A DNA stretch of 64,000 nt from Alphaproteobacteria bacterium (lineage in GTDB: Bacteria; Pseudomonadota; Alphaproteobacteria; JABAAW01; JAHZMA01). The stretch is taken from the NCBI GenBank assembly GCA_965206365.1, contig CBDBJL010000018.1, positions 209,567-273,566 on the forward strand, read 5' to 3'. Made by a program: the position numbers and the translations under genes. This document shows positions 20,676-30,589 of this stretch, piece after piece (the first letter of the stretch is position 1; every line of letters starts with the position of its first letter). The notes beneath the pieces are model-generated. The model searched no databases and was not told where the DNA came from. It saw only the letters and a program-made list of their open reading frames with translations.

Positions 20676-21052
20676 TGCGTTTGTCAGAGGTAACGAGCTT
20701 TGTTTATGAAATTCCTGGAGGGATGTATTTGGGCAGTTTTGGGCTTTTTATGAATCCTGATTTTGTGGCTTCTTTAGATGCTGAAACTCGAAAAGCTTTA
20801 CTATCGACAACAGGGGAAGAGCTTTCGGCAAATGCGGGGGCATTATGGGATAGAAATGATCGTTTTGGTTATAAAGCAGCCAAAACACAAAATATGAAGA
20901 TTCAAGCAGCTTCTGCATCTGATGTTGAAATTTTTCAGCAATATAGTGCTGAAATTGAAGCTCAATGGTTGGCTGATGTTACAGACCAGAAAGTGGATGC
21001 AAAAAAAGCTTTGCAAGAATTTCGCAAATTGGCGCGTTCTTACGCTCAATAA
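20039..21052 (+). CDS. TRAP transporter solute-binding protein, DctP family, copy 2
   Basis: 338 aa; 1346-bp tandem duplicate of copy 1, with the 477-bp stretch 20199..20675 identical to 18853..19329. Confidence 0.8.
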   Translation: MQVIFRIAVILGVILGISVSVQAEKQMVIGTWLSPSHFMNTVFLSGWGKKIEKATQGEVKIKVEHHKGHPKDIFALVEDGTYDAGWSFHGYVPERFKLTTMAELPLLGVNSKAASHAYWQVYDQYLKQAGEHDGLVLAALFTHGPGQILLRKPIQSLTDMKGKKIRVGGGVQGFIGGKMGIVPVTAPGSKVHEMLAQETVDGVFMPMGELSSLRLSEVTSFVYEIPGGMYLGSFGLFMNPDFVASLDAETRKALLSTTGEELSANAGALWDRNDRFGYKAAKTQNMKIQAASASDVEIFQQYSAEIEAQWLADVTDQKVDAKKALQEFRKLARSYAQ

Positions 21053-21083
21053 AATATATTTAATTTTTTAATTAATTAATAAT

Positions 21084-21120
21084 AAGGGGGTGGTAAGTTT
21101 TACTGTCCCCTTTGTTTTTT
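21084..21120 (+). terminator. Candidate intrinsic terminator after dctP copy 2
   Basis: AAGGGG / CCCCTT stem followed by TGTTTTTT; paralogous to the copy-1 terminator. Confidence 0.4.
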
Positions 21121-21378
21121 AAATATTACGCTATTGTTTTATGATATCTGAAAATTATGGGGTGCTAAGAACATTGGTGGCATGATAAGATTTACAAATA
21201 TAGGATTGTTGTTAAAATAAATTATAGAGTGAGATTAATAAAATACGTATATCTAGGGGTTACTTTTTGTGTAATATTATGATACAGTCTGCTGTTGAAG
21301 TTTGTTATTATAGCTGTGCCAGAGTTTATCCTGTATTTGCTTGGTAATTATATTTAATTTTTTACGGAGGATTAAGTT

Positions 21379-22392
21379 ATGAAAATAATATTTAAAATAG
21401 GTATAATTTTAGGGATCATTTTAGGGGCTTCGGTTTCTGCGCAGGCTGAAAAACAGATGGTTATTGGAACTTGGTTATGGCCTTCCCATGCAATGAATGA
21501 AATATTTTTTTCAGATTGGGGTAAAAAAATTGAAAAAGCTACTCAAGGTGAAGTTAAGATTAAACTTGAATATCATAAGGGGAGTCCGAAAGATCTTTTT
21601 GCATTGGTAGAAGATGGAACTTATGATGTGGGTTGGTCACCCCATGGATATGTCCCTGGTCGGTTTAAGCTCACAACCATGGCAGAATTGCCTGCGTTGG
21701 GTGCATCGCCGGAAGCGGCCTCGCGCGCTCATTGGAATATTTATGACAAATATTTAAGGCAAGCTGGTGAATATGATGGTTTGGTTGCGGTTGGGTTGTT
21801 TATGCATGGCCCAGGACAGCTTTTATTACGGAAACCGATGCAATCTTTGGCAGATGTGAAGGGTAAGAAGATCCGCGTTGCTGGCGGTGTTCAAGGCTTT
21901 CTGGGTACGAAAATGGGCATTGTTCCAATTGCCGCACCGGGTTCTAAAGTTTATGAAATGTTATCGCAAGGTGTTGTGGATGGTGTTTTCATGCCTGTGT
22001 CTGAATTAATTTCGCTCCGTTTATCAGAAGTAACTAATTTTGTTTATGAAATTCCAGAGGGTATGTATTTGAGTGGTCTTGGGATTTTCATGAATCCTGA
22101 TTTCATCGCATCTTTAGATGTAAAAACCCGTAAGGCTTTATTATCAACAACTGGAGAGGAACTTTCTGCAGCTGCAAGTGCAGCATGGAGTAAGGATAAT
22201 GCGTCTGCTCATAAAGTTGCAAAAGAAAAGAATATAAAAATTCAAACAGCTTCGGCATCTGATGTGAAACTTTTTCAGCAATATAGTGTTGAAATTGAAA
22301 ATAAATGGTTGGCTGATGTTGCAGACCGGAAAGTGGATGCGAAAAAAGCTTTGCAAGAATTTCGTGAATTGGCGCGTTCTTACGCTCAATAA
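21379..22392 (+). CDS. TRAP transporter solute-binding protein, DctP family, copy 3 (divergent paralog)
   Basis: 337 aa; roughly 70% identical to copies 1 and 2; KKIRVAGG Arg retained. Confidence 0.8.
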   Translation: MKIIFKIGIILGIILGASVSAQAEKQMVIGTWLWPSHAMNEIFFSDWGKKIEKATQGEVKIKLEYHKGSPKDLFALVEDGTYDVGWSPHGYVPGRFKLTTMAELPALGASPEAASRAHWNIYDKYLRQAGEYDGLVAVGLFMHGPGQLLLRKPMQSLADVKGKKIRVAGGVQGFLGTKMGIVPIAAPGSKVYEMLSQGVVDGVFMPVSELISLRLSEVTNFVYEIPEGMYLSGLGIFMNPDFIASLDVKTRKALLSTTGEELSAAASAAWSKDNASAHKVAKEKNIKIQTASASDVKLFQQYSVEIENKWLADVADRKVDAKKALQEFRELARSYAQ

Positions 22393-22430
22393 ATTACATT
22401 TAATTCTTTGCTGGTAAAATATTGGAATAG

Positions 22431-22952
22431 ATGGTGATCAAAGTTTTATTGTATAATATAAATAATAAAATTGAAAAATTGTTGCAATATTTAGCAATTG
22501 CTTCAGGCATATTATTGTTAATATTAATGGCAATTACTTTTATGGATGTGGTGGGTCGTTATGTGTTTTTAGCCCCTATTAAGGGTGCCTCAGAACTTAC
22601 TGAGATGGGGCAAAGTATATTTGTGATTACGGGTGTATTAATTGTTACCTTATCGAATAAACATATTTATGTTGATATTTTAGAACATATAATTCCAGCT
22701 AATGTGAAACGTTGGAGTCAGGTTGTTTTTGGAATTTTATTTATCGTTATTTTTCTTTTTATGGGCAGGCGGATTTGGCAGATTGCAGTGCGTAGTGCCC
22801 ACCGAAATGAGATTAGTGAATATTTACATATTCCACTTTTTTATTCGCAAGGTTATGTAGCTTTTATTTGTATATTTGTAGTTGTTTGCCTTGTTGTTCG
22901 TTTGTTGGCCCATATTATTTTGCGTGACAAATTAGATTCTAAGGAATATTAA
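22431..22952 (+). CDS. dctQ: TRAP transporter small permease DctQ
   Basis: 173 aa; four TM helices; FMDVVGRYV motif. Confidence 0.75.
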   Translation: MVIKVLLYNINNKIEKLLQYLAIASGILLLILMAITFMDVVGRYVFLAPIKGASELTEMGQSIFVITGVLIVTLSNKHIYVDILEHIIPANVKRWSQVVFGILFIVIFLFMGRRIWQIAVRSAHRNEISEYLHIPLFYSQGYVAFICIFVVVCLVVRLLAHIILRDKLDSKEY

Positions 22953-22954
22953 TA

Positions 22955-24286
22955 ATGCTTGAGGCAGGAATTGGCATAGCCATTTTGTTGTTGTTAATTT
23001 TCCTGCGCATGCCGATTGTTATTGCTATGGGAATTGTTGGTTTCGTGGGTTTAGCCGTAGGGGGTGGTTTAGGCAGTGAGGTTGGTTTTTTTGAATTTCG
23101 CTGGAATAGCCTTTTATCGCGGGTGGCGTATCATATTTTATCCATTAGTAGCAATTATTCACTTTCAGTTATTCCGTTATTTATTTTGATGGGTAATTTT
23201 GTTTCCCAAGCAGGGCTTGCAAAACAACTTTATCAGGCTTCTTATGCAGTTTTGGGATATAAAAAAGGTGGTTTAGCGATGGCAAGTGTAACGGCTTGTG
23301 GTTTATTTTCATCTATTTGTGGTTCTAGTTTGGCAACAGCGGCAACGATGTCGAAAGTGGCGATTCCAGAAATGCGACGCTATGGTTATAGTGATAGTTT
23401 GGCAACTGCATCGGTGGCTGCGGGCGGTACATTGGGAATTTTAATTCCGCCAAGTGTTATTTTGGTGATTTATGGTATTTTGACCGGGCAAAGTATTCGT
23501 GAATTATTTGCAGCGGGTTTTATTCCTGGGGCGATTGGTATTTTATTTTATTTATGTGCTGTGCAATGGGTGGTATGGCGTAAGCCAGAATCAGGACCTT
23601 CAGGTGCGAGATTTTCTTTCAAAGAAAAAATACATGCCTTAAAATATGTACGAGGAACATTAGCCTTATTAATTGTTGTAATTGGTGGAATTTATGCGGG
23701 TATTTTCACGCCTACCGAAGCTGCATCGGTGGGTTCAGTTGGGGCGTTTTTAATCGCTTTACAGCGGAAAACTTTAAGTTTACAGATTTTGTTAAATATT
23801 GCCTCGGATTCTGTGAAAACTTCAGCGGCGTTATTTGCTATTTTGATGGGTTCTTTGGTTTTTGCGGATTTTATTGAACGTACAGGCGCGCCCGAACAAT
23901 TAAGCCATTTAATTATCAATACGCATATTGCTCCGTTGCAGGTTATTTTTATGATCCTTTTTGCTTACATTATTTTGGGCATGGTCCTAGAAAGCCTTTC
24001 AATGATTTTTTTGACTGTACCTTTGTTCTATCCAATTGTGGCATCTCTTGGGTTTGATTTGGTTTGGTTTGGGGTTATTGTGGTGGTGGTTACAGAAATT
24101 AGCTTAATTACGCCACCTGTGGGTTTAAATGTGTTTGTATTATCTAATATGTTGTCAGATGTTAAAACCAGCACTATTTTTAAGGGGATATTACCATTTT
24201 GGATAGCGGATATAGCGAGATTGGCATTATTAACACTTATTCCTGCTTTATCTTTATTTTTGCCACAGTTACTTTATGGAAATTAG
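22955..24286 (+). CDS. dctM: TRAP transporter large permease DctM
   Basis: 443 aa; roughly 12 TM helices; DctM family. Confidence 0.9.
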   Translation: MLEAGIGIAILLLLIFLRMPIVIAMGIVGFVGLAVGGGLGSEVGFFEFRWNSLLSRVAYHILSISSNYSLSVIPLFILMGNFVSQAGLAKQLYQASYAVLGYKKGGLAMASVTACGLFSSICGSSLATAATMSKVAIPEMRRYGYSDSLATASVAAGGTLGILIPPSVILVIYGILTGQSIRELFAAGFIPGAIGILFYLCAVQWVVWRKPESGPSGARFSFKEKIHALKYVRGTLALLIVVIGGIYAGIFTPTEAASVGSVGAFLIALQRKTLSLQILLNIASDSVKTSAALFAILMGSLVFADFIERTGAPEQLSHLIINTHIAPLQVIFMILFAYIILGMVLESLSMIFLTVPLFYPIVASLGFDLVWFGVIVVVVTEISLITPPVGLNVFVLSNMLSDVKTSTIFKGILPFWIADIARLALLTLIPALSLFLPQLLYGN

Positions 24287-24305
24287 CAATTTTGAAAGCT
24301 TATTT

Positions 24306-25190
24306 TTAGGGCCAAGCCACCATGGGGGGTAAGGATGCCAATATGGCTTCAACATTTCCGCCGGTCATAAGCCCAAATCGGGTGCCACGATCATACACAA
24401 GATTAAATTCGGTATAATAGCCACGGTGGATTAATTGTGTTGCAGATTCTGCCTCACCATAAGCATCATTATAATGTGTACGAACTAGGTCAGGATAGAT
24501 TTGTAGAAAAGTTTCACCAACATCTTGTGTAAAAGCGAAATCTTGTTTCCAGTTTTTCGTATTGAGATTATCATAAAATATGCCACCAATACCGCGTGAT
24601 TGTTTGCGATGTAGAATGTAGAAATATTGCTCGGCTTTTGCACTAAATTCAGGGTAATAATCACGATGATAACGTTGACAACAATCTTTTAAAATCGCAT
24701 GAAATTTTTTTGTATCTTGGGAATTAGGAAAAATCGGGTTTAAATCTATACCACCACCTAGCCAATATTTTGAAGTAACAATCATACGGGTATTCATGTG
24801 AATAGGTGGCACATAAGGATTGCGTGGATGGGTGATAACAGAAATACCACTTGCCCAAAAATGACCCCCATTTTCAATCGCTCCGGGAATTTCTTTTTGG
24901 AAATCTTTTGTGAATTTACCATAAACAGTGGAAATATTAATTGCAGCTTTTTCAAATATATGGGAATAAATTAATGATATTTCACCTCCTCCACCATCTT
25001 TATCATCCTTAATGTTTGTTTCACGTTGCCATGTTTTGCGTTTTAACAGCGGTGTTGTGATTTTTGGGAAATCAGGGTTTCGCGCGATAAATTCACGATC
25101 GAGTGTTTCAAAATTATCACAGATCCGATCTCTAAGAGTGCGAAACCATGTTTGGGCTTGTTGCTTTTTATTCTCAATATTATCTATCAT
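24306..25190 (-). CDS. hemF: Oxygen-dependent coproporphyrinogen III oxidase
   Basis: HPRNPYVPPIHMN and GGGIDLNPIF motifs. Start at the internal Met; the longer ORF to 25262 would overlap trmL. Confidence 0.9.
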   Translation of the reverse strand: MIDNIENKKQQAQTWFRTLRDRICDNFETLDREFIARNPDFPKITTPLLKRKTWQRETNIKDDKDGGGGEISLIYSHIFEKAAINISTVYGKFTKDFQKEIPGAIENGGHFWASGISVITHPRNPYVPPIHMNTRMIVTSKYWLGGGIDLNPIFPNSQDTKKFHAILKDCCQRYHRDYYPEFSAKAEQYFYILHRKQSRGIGGIFYDNLNTKNWKQDFAFTQDVGETFLQIYPDLVRTHYNDAYGEAESATQLIHRGYYTEFNLVYDRGTRFGLMTGGNVEAILASLPPMVAWP

Positions 25191-25203
25191 AAACTTAACT
25201 TTC

Positions 25204-25698
25204 CTAAATTCGATCCCTATGTTTAAATTCTGTTTGCAAATGGGCTGTCGCAATGGCAGCACTCATGGCCAAATTTAACGAACGAGCAGTTTTCTGGATC
25301 GGGATCGTTACAATAGCATCGGCCTGTTGGTGAACATAATCGGGAACGCCACTAGATTCATTGCCAAAAAGGAGGATATCATGTTTTTGAAAATAAAAAT
25401 CATCATAGCATTTTTGAGTTTTCGTAGAAAATAAAATCAACCGTTTTGGGCCATCATTCGGGTTGTTTCTATCGATAGGATGGCTGAGTCGCCAATTTTG
25501 AAAATCTTGCCAATGCGCATGTAAAGTATAATTTAAATGTTTGGTATAATCCATAACGGATCTTTGTATTTTTGGGTGCGAAAAAATAAACCCACACGGT
25601 TCAATAATTTCAAGCGATACATTGAAACAAGCGGCTAAGCGCATAATGGCTCCTGTATTTTGGGGAATATCAGGTTGGAATAAAGCAAGGGAAAACAT
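25204..25698 (-). CDS. trmL: tRNA (cytidine/uridine-2'-O)-methyltransferase TrmL (SpoU family)
   Basis: 164 aa; N-terminus MFSLALFQPDIPQNTGAIMRLAA aligns with the E. coli TrmL N-terminus. Confidence 0.8.
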   Translation of the reverse strand: MFSLALFQPDIPQNTGAIMRLAACFNVSLEIIEPCGFIFSHPKIQRSVMDYTKHLNYTLHAHWQDFQNWRLSHPIDRNNPNDGPKRLILFSTKTQKCYDDFYFQKHDILLFGNESSGVPDYVHQQADAIVTIPIQKTARSLNLAMSAAIATAHLQTEFKHRDRI

Positions 25699-25813
25699 AA
25701 TATTTTCTTCAAAGAGATATGTTTGGGATCAAAGATGGTAAGGATAAAAAATTTACCAGGTTGGCTATAATAACAATAATTAACATCAAATGCTGAAAAT
25801 AAGATAACAATGT

Positions 25814-25842
25814 TTGACAATTATGCATTGTCGTTCTACATT
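25814..25842 (+). promoter_or_regulatory. Candidate sigma-70 promoter of the nuo operon
   Basis: TTGACA at 25814..25819, 17-nt spacer, TACATT at 25837..25842, about 70 nt upstream of nuoA. Confidence 0.4.
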
Positions 25843-25911
25843 GTGACTTATAAAAATACAAGGGTATTTTTTGGTTATGATTATCTTATGAGTACAAGGT
25901 TTTTTTAGGAG

Positions 25912-26277
25912 ATGGATTATTATTTTCAAGAATATTTTGCGATTTTAGTTTTCGCTGTTATTGCTATTGGGTTATCGCTAGTTTTTGTTGGGGGTAATTA
26001 TCTTGTGAGTGCAAAATTATCAGATCCAGAAAAAGTTTCGCCTTATGAATGTGGTTTTGAGGCTTTTGATGATGCTCGCACTCGATTTGATATTCGATTC
26101 TATTTGGTAACTTTGTTATTTATTATTTTTGATGTAGAAATTATTTTTCTATTTCCTTGGGCAATTGCATTAGGGGATATTGGGCTTTATGGATTTTGGG
26201 CAATGATGTTGTTTTTATTAATTCTTACGATTGGTTTCATTTATGAATGGCGTAAAGGGGCACTGGAATGGGAATAG
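25912..26277 (+). CDS. nuoA: NADH-quinone oxidoreductase subunit A
   Basis: 121 aa; three TM helices; first gene of a contiguous 14-gene operon. Confidence 0.9.
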   Translation: MDYYFQEYFAILVFAVIAIGLSLVFVGGNYLVSAKLSDPEKVSPYECGFEAFDDARTRFDIRFYLVTLLFIIFDVEIIFLFPWAIALGDIGLYGFWAMMLFLLILTIGFIYEWRKGALEWE

Positions 26278-26831
26278 ATACGCCATTGGAAAAATTATGG
26301 GAAAAATTAGAAAAACCAGAACAAGAATTTGAGGCAAATCTGCTGTTGCAAAGATTAGCTGGGGAAGTTGTCGATAAAGGGTTTGTTACTACAAATGTGA
26401 ATAAATTAGTAGCATGGGCACGTACAGGTTCGCTTTGGCCTATGACTTTTGGCTTGGCATGTTGTGCTGTTGAGATGATTCATGCTTATATGCCACGTTA
26501 TGATTTAGATCGCCTTGGCGTTATTCCACGGGCGTCGCCACGGCAGTCAGACGTGATGATTGTGGCAGGCACGCTTACGAACAAGATGGCGCCGGCATTA
26601 CGCAAGGTTTATGATCAAATGCCAGAACCACGTTGGGTGATTTCTATGGGCTCTTGTGCGAATGGTGGGGGGTATTATCATTATTCTTATTCGGTTGTTC
26701 GTGGATGTGATCGCATTGTTCCCGTGGATATCTATGTTCCAGGTTGTCCGCCAACCGCAGAAGCTTTGGTTTATGGTATTTTGCAGCTGCAAAAGAAAAT
26801 TCGTCGTACAACGAATATTATGCGAGTGTGA
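26268..26831 (+). CDS. nuoB: NADH-quinone oxidoreductase subunit B
   Basis: 187 aa; N2 cluster cysteines (GLACCAVEM ... GSCANGGG ... CPP). Confidence 0.95.
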   Translation: MGIDTPLEKLWEKLEKPEQEFEANLLLQRLAGEVVDKGFVTTNVNKLVAWARTGSLWPMTFGLACCAVEMIHAYMPRYDLDRLGVIPRASPRQSDVMIVAGTLTNKMAPALRKVYDQMPEPRWVISMGSCANGGGYYHYSYSVVRGCDRIVPVDIYVPGCPPTAEALVYGILQLQKKIRRTTNIMRV

Positions 26832-26836
26832 ATGAA

Positions 26837-27499
26837 ATGATGGATTACGCAAAAAACAATACCGCACCACAATTTTTTCGGGTTCCTTACGGGGGGATGG
26901 ATGTTATTAGCGATCTGAAAACGCGGTTTGGTGATCAGATTATTGCGGATATTAGTATGAAGGGCGAAGCGGCGATTATTGTCGCTTCGGGTTCTTTGCA
27001 CGAAATTACAAAATTTCTATACAATAACAACCAATGTTTATTTAAGATGTTATTAGATATTTGTGGTGCTGATTACCCAGAACGAGAAAATCGATTTGAA
27101 GTTGTGTATCATTTTCTTTCTTTGGAACATAATATGCGCCTGCGTTTAAAGATAATTGTTGGGGTTGAAGATTTGGTGCCTTCGGTTACAGATATTTGGT
27201 CATCAGCGGGCTGGTATGAACGGGAATGTTGGGATATGTATGGTGTATTTTTTACCGGGCATCCCGATTTACGGCGTATTTTAACGGATTATGGTTTTAA
27301 TGGGCATCCTTTGCGCAAAGATTTCCCCCTTACGGGTTACATAGAAATGCGTTATGATGATGAGATTCAAAGGGTAATTTCTGAGCCTGTGCAATTACAA
27401 CAGGAGTTTCGTGATTTTGATTTTTTAAGCCCTTGGGAAGGGGCATTGCCTGAAGGGGCAAACATATTGCCGGGCGATGAGAAAGTAAGTGGGGCTTAA
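26837..27499 (+). CDS. nuoC: NADH-quinone oxidoreductase subunit C
   Basis: Start at MMDYAKNN just after the nuoB stop; 30-kDa subunit. Confidence 0.85.
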   Translation: MMDYAKNNTAPQFFRVPYGGMDVISDLKTRFGDQIIADISMKGEAAIIVASGSLHEITKFLYNNNQCLFKMLLDICGADYPERENRFEVVYHFLSLEHNMRLRLKIIVGVEDLVPSVTDIWSSAGWYERECWDMYGVFFTGHPDLRRILTDYGFNGHPLRKDFPLTGYIEMRYDDEIQRVISEPVQLQQEFRDFDFLSPWEGALPEGANILPGDEKVSGA

Positions 27500-27502
27500 A
27501 GG

Positions 27503-28705
27503 ATGCTAGAGGTGAATTATGATAAGCGAAAAGATCCAACACTTCGGACTTTAACCATGAATTTTGGTCCGCAACATCCGGCTGCCCATGGTGTTTTGCG
27601 GTTGGTGATGGAAATGGATGGGGAAGTTATCGAGCGGCTAGATCCGCATATTGGCTTGCTTCATCGTGGTACCGAAAAGTTAATTGAACATAAAACTTAT
27701 TTGCAAGCGATGCCCTATTTTGATCGGCTAGATTATGTTTCGCCAATGTGTCAAGAACATGCTTTTGTTCTGGCTGTGGAAAAATTGCTTGAGTTAGAAG
27801 TACCGAAAAGAGGACAATATATCAGGGTGCTATTTGCTGAGATCACACGTATTTTGAATCATTTGCTGAATGTGACCGCCTATGGTTTGGATCTTGGCGC
27901 GTTAACGCCTTCGCTTTGGGGCTACGAGGAACGTGAAAAATTGATGGAATTTTATGAGGCAGTCAGTGGTGCAAGATTGCATGCAGCTTATTATCGCGTT
28001 GGCGGTGTGCATCAAGATTTACCAGAAGGTTTGGATGTTCGGATTGCAGATTGGGCAACAAATTTCCCAAATTTTCTGGATGATATGGAAGATTTGTTGA
28101 CCGAAAATCGTATTTTCAAACAACGTTCGGTAGATATTGGGACGATTTCAGCAGAAGAAGCCATAAACTGGGGAATGACAGGCCCGATGTTGCGTGCCTC
28201 GGGTGTGGCTTGGGATTTACGGAAACAACAGCCTTATGATGTTTATGGTGAACTTGATTTCCAAATTCCGGTGGGGAAACATGGTGATTGTTACGACCGT
28301 TATTTGGTGCGGGTTTTGGAAATGCGGGAATCACTAAAACTTATTCAGCAATGTTTGGAAAAAATGCCCTTAGGTGCGGTGCATAGTGAAAATAATAAAT
28401 ATACTCCACCGAAACGTAATGATATGAAATATTCGATGGAGGCATTGATTCAACATTTCAAGCTTTATACGGAAGGTTTCCACGTGCCTGCTGGTGAAAC
28501 CTATTTTGCTGTAGAAGCCCCAAAAGGCGAATTTGGGGTTTATTTGGTAGCTGATGGGACAAATCGTCCTTATCGTTGTAAAATTCGGGCACCTGGATTT
28601 GCGCATTTACAAGCATTGGATAAATTTTGTCGAGGGCACATGCTTGCTGATTCTGTAGCGATTTTGGGTTCGATGGATGTTGTTTTTGGTGAGATAGATC
28701 GATAA
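27503..28705 (+). CDS. nuoD: NADH-quinone oxidoreductase subunit D
   Basis: 400 aa; 49-kDa subunit; HRGTEKL motif. Confidence 0.95.
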   Translation: MLEVNYDKRKDPTLRTLTMNFGPQHPAAHGVLRLVMEMDGEVIERLDPHIGLLHRGTEKLIEHKTYLQAMPYFDRLDYVSPMCQEHAFVLAVEKLLELEVPKRGQYIRVLFAEITRILNHLLNVTAYGLDLGALTPSLWGYEEREKLMEFYEAVSGARLHAAYYRVGGVHQDLPEGLDVRIADWATNFPNFLDDMEDLLTENRIFKQRSVDIGTISAEEAINWGMTGPMLRASGVAWDLRKQQPYDVYGELDFQIPVGKHGDCYDRYLVRVLEMRESLKLIQQCLEKMPLGAVHSENNKYTPPKRNDMKYSMEALIQHFKLYTEGFHVPAGETYFAVEAPKGEFGVYLVADGTNRPYRCKIRAPGFAHLQALDKFCRGHMLADSVAILGSMDVVFGEIDR

Positions 28706-29295
28706 TGATGACAAAAACTAAGGTAAAAAAATTTCAATTCAAAGATAAAACAGAAATTGCTCGTGCCATTGGAAAATACCCTGAAGGGAAACAAGCATCG
28801 GCAGTTTTGGCGTTGCTTGATTTGGCGCAACGTGAGCATGAGCAGGGGCATTATGTAACCGATGAAGCGTTTTGTGAAATTGCAAAAATTTTGGCAATGC
28901 CAGAAATACGTGTGCGTGAAGTGGCAAGTTTTTTTACGATGATCAATACCAAACCGGTTGGGAAATATCATTTACAGCTTTGTGGCACGACACCTTGTAT
29001 GTTATGCGGGGCAGGTAAATTAAAAGAATTCATTACAAAAAAATTAGATGTTCAAATCGGTGAGACCACTCGCGACGGCATGTTCACGGTTACAGAAGTT
29101 GAATGTTTGGGGGCTTGTGTTAATGCGCCTGTTATGCAAGTGAATGATGATTATTATGAGGATTTAACGCCTGAACATATAAGCGAAATTATCGATTCGT
29201 TTCGGCGGGGAACAAAACCTGAGATCGGCTCGGCACTGGGTAGATTAAATTCAGCACCATTAGATTTTGTTGGCTCAAAAAGGGTAAAGGGCTAA
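28705..29295 (+). CDS. nuoE: NADH-quinone oxidoreductase subunit E
   Basis: 196 aa; 2Fe-2S cysteines CGTTPCMLCG ... CLGAC. Confidence 0.9.
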   Translation: MMTKTKVKKFQFKDKTEIARAIGKYPEGKQASAVLALLDLAQREHEQGHYVTDEAFCEIAKILAMPEIRVREVASFFTMINTKPVGKYHLQLCGTTPCMLCGAGKLKEFITKKLDVQIGETTRDGMFTVTEVECLGACVNAPVMQVNDDYYEDLTPEHISEIIDSFRRGTKPEIGSALGRLNSAPLDFVGSKRVKG

Positions 29296-29298
29296 AAC

Positions 29299-30573
29299 AT
29301 GCTTGCAGATAAAGATCGCATTTTCACCAATCTTTATGGTGAAGAAGAATGGCAGCTAAAGGCAGCACAGAAGCGAGGTATTTGGAGTGATACCGGGAAA
29401 TTTATTAAAAAGGGGCGTGATTGGTTAATTGATGAAATTAAAGAATCAGGTTTGCGAGGACGCGGTGGCGCGGGGTTTCCCACGGGAATGAAATGGTCGT
29501 TTATGCCGAAAGAAAGTGCGAACTCTTGTTATTTGGTGGTGAATGCAGATGAATCTGAACCGGGGACTTGTAAGGATCGGGATATTATTCGCAGTGAACC
29601 TCATCGTTTATTAGAGGGTTCGGTTTTGGCGGGCGCAGCGATGGGGGCAAGTGCGGTTTATATTTATATTCGGGGTGAATTTGTGCGTGAGGCACAAATT
29701 TTAGAAGTGGCTCTTGTTGAAGCTTATGAAGCAGGGCTGATTGGGCATAACGCTTGTCAATCAGGTTATGATGTTGAGATTTATGTCCATCGTGGCGCGG
29801 GCGCTTATATTTGCGGTGAAGAAACCGCTTTGTTGGAAAGTTTAGAGGGAAAAAAAGGTCAGCCTCGCTTAAAACCACCTTTTCCCGCTGGGGTTGGGCT
29901 TTATGGTTGTCCAACAACCATCAATAATGTAGAAACGATTGCCGTGGTTCCGGAAATATTGAAGCGGGGCAGTGCTTGGTTTAAGAGTTTTGGACGCCCT
30001 AATAATAGTGGAACGAAAGTATTTTGTATATCAGGACATGTAAACACGCCTTGTAATATTGAAGAAGAAATGTCGGTACCGTTAATGGAGTTGATTGAAA
30101 AACATGCTGGAGGTGTACGCGGGGGTTGGGATAATCTTTTGGCAATTATTCCAGGAGGCTCTTCAGTGCCGATGCTGCCCAAGGCGATTTGTGATACAGT
30201 GTTGATGGATTATGATGCGCTAAAAGAAGTGCATAGCGGACTTGGGACGGCGGGTGTGATTGTTATGGATAAATCTACCGATGTGATTGCAGCGATTGCG
30301 CGGTTATCGTATTTTTACAAACATGAATCTTGCGGGCAATGTACGCCTTGTCGCGAGGGTACGGGTTGGATGTGGCGCATGATGGAACGGTTGGTGCGTG
30401 GAGATGCAAAAATAGAAGAAATTGACTTACTTTATGAAGTAACGCGCCAGATAGAGGGCCATACGATTTGTGCATTTGGCGATGCGGCAGCATGGCCGAT
30501 TCAAGGCTTGCTTCACCATTTTCGAAGTGAAATTAAGGCGCGTATTGCTGATAAACAGGAATATGTGGCTTAA
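29299..30573 (+). CDS. nuoF: NADH-quinone oxidoreductase subunit F
   Basis: 424 aa; FMN/NADH-binding [10 protein letters not shown]; 4Fe-4[11 protein letters not shown]. Confidence 0.95.
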   Translation: MLADKDRIFTNLYGEEEWQLKAAQKRGIWSDTGKFIKKGRDWLIDEIKESGLRGRGGAGFPTGMKWSFMPKESANSCYLVVNADESEPGTCKDRDIIRSEPHRLLEGSVLAGAAMGASAVYIYIRGEFVREAQILEVALVEAYEAGLIGHNACQSGYDVEIYVHRGAGAYICGEETALLESLEGKKGQPRLKPPFPAGVGLYGCPTTINNVETIAVVPEILKRGSAWFKSFGRPNNSGTKVFCISGHVNTPCNIEEEMSVPLMELIEKHAGGVRGGWDNLLAIIPGGSSVPMLPKAICDTVLMDYDALKEVHSGLGTAGVIVMDKSTDVIAAIARLSYFYKHESCGQCTPCREGTGWMWRMMERLVRGDAKIEEIDLLYEVTRQIEGHTICAFGDAAAWPIQGLLHHFRSEIKARIADKQEYVA

Positions 30574-30589
30574 GGAGAAATTATAACAG

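Noticed and set aside
18693-22392. Possibility that the repeated 1.3-kb units are a CRISPR-like or mobile-element repeat
   Set aside because: The repeats are whole protein-coding genes with their terminators. There are no short direct repeats with spacers, no cas genes and no transposase, so this is a tandem gene duplication.
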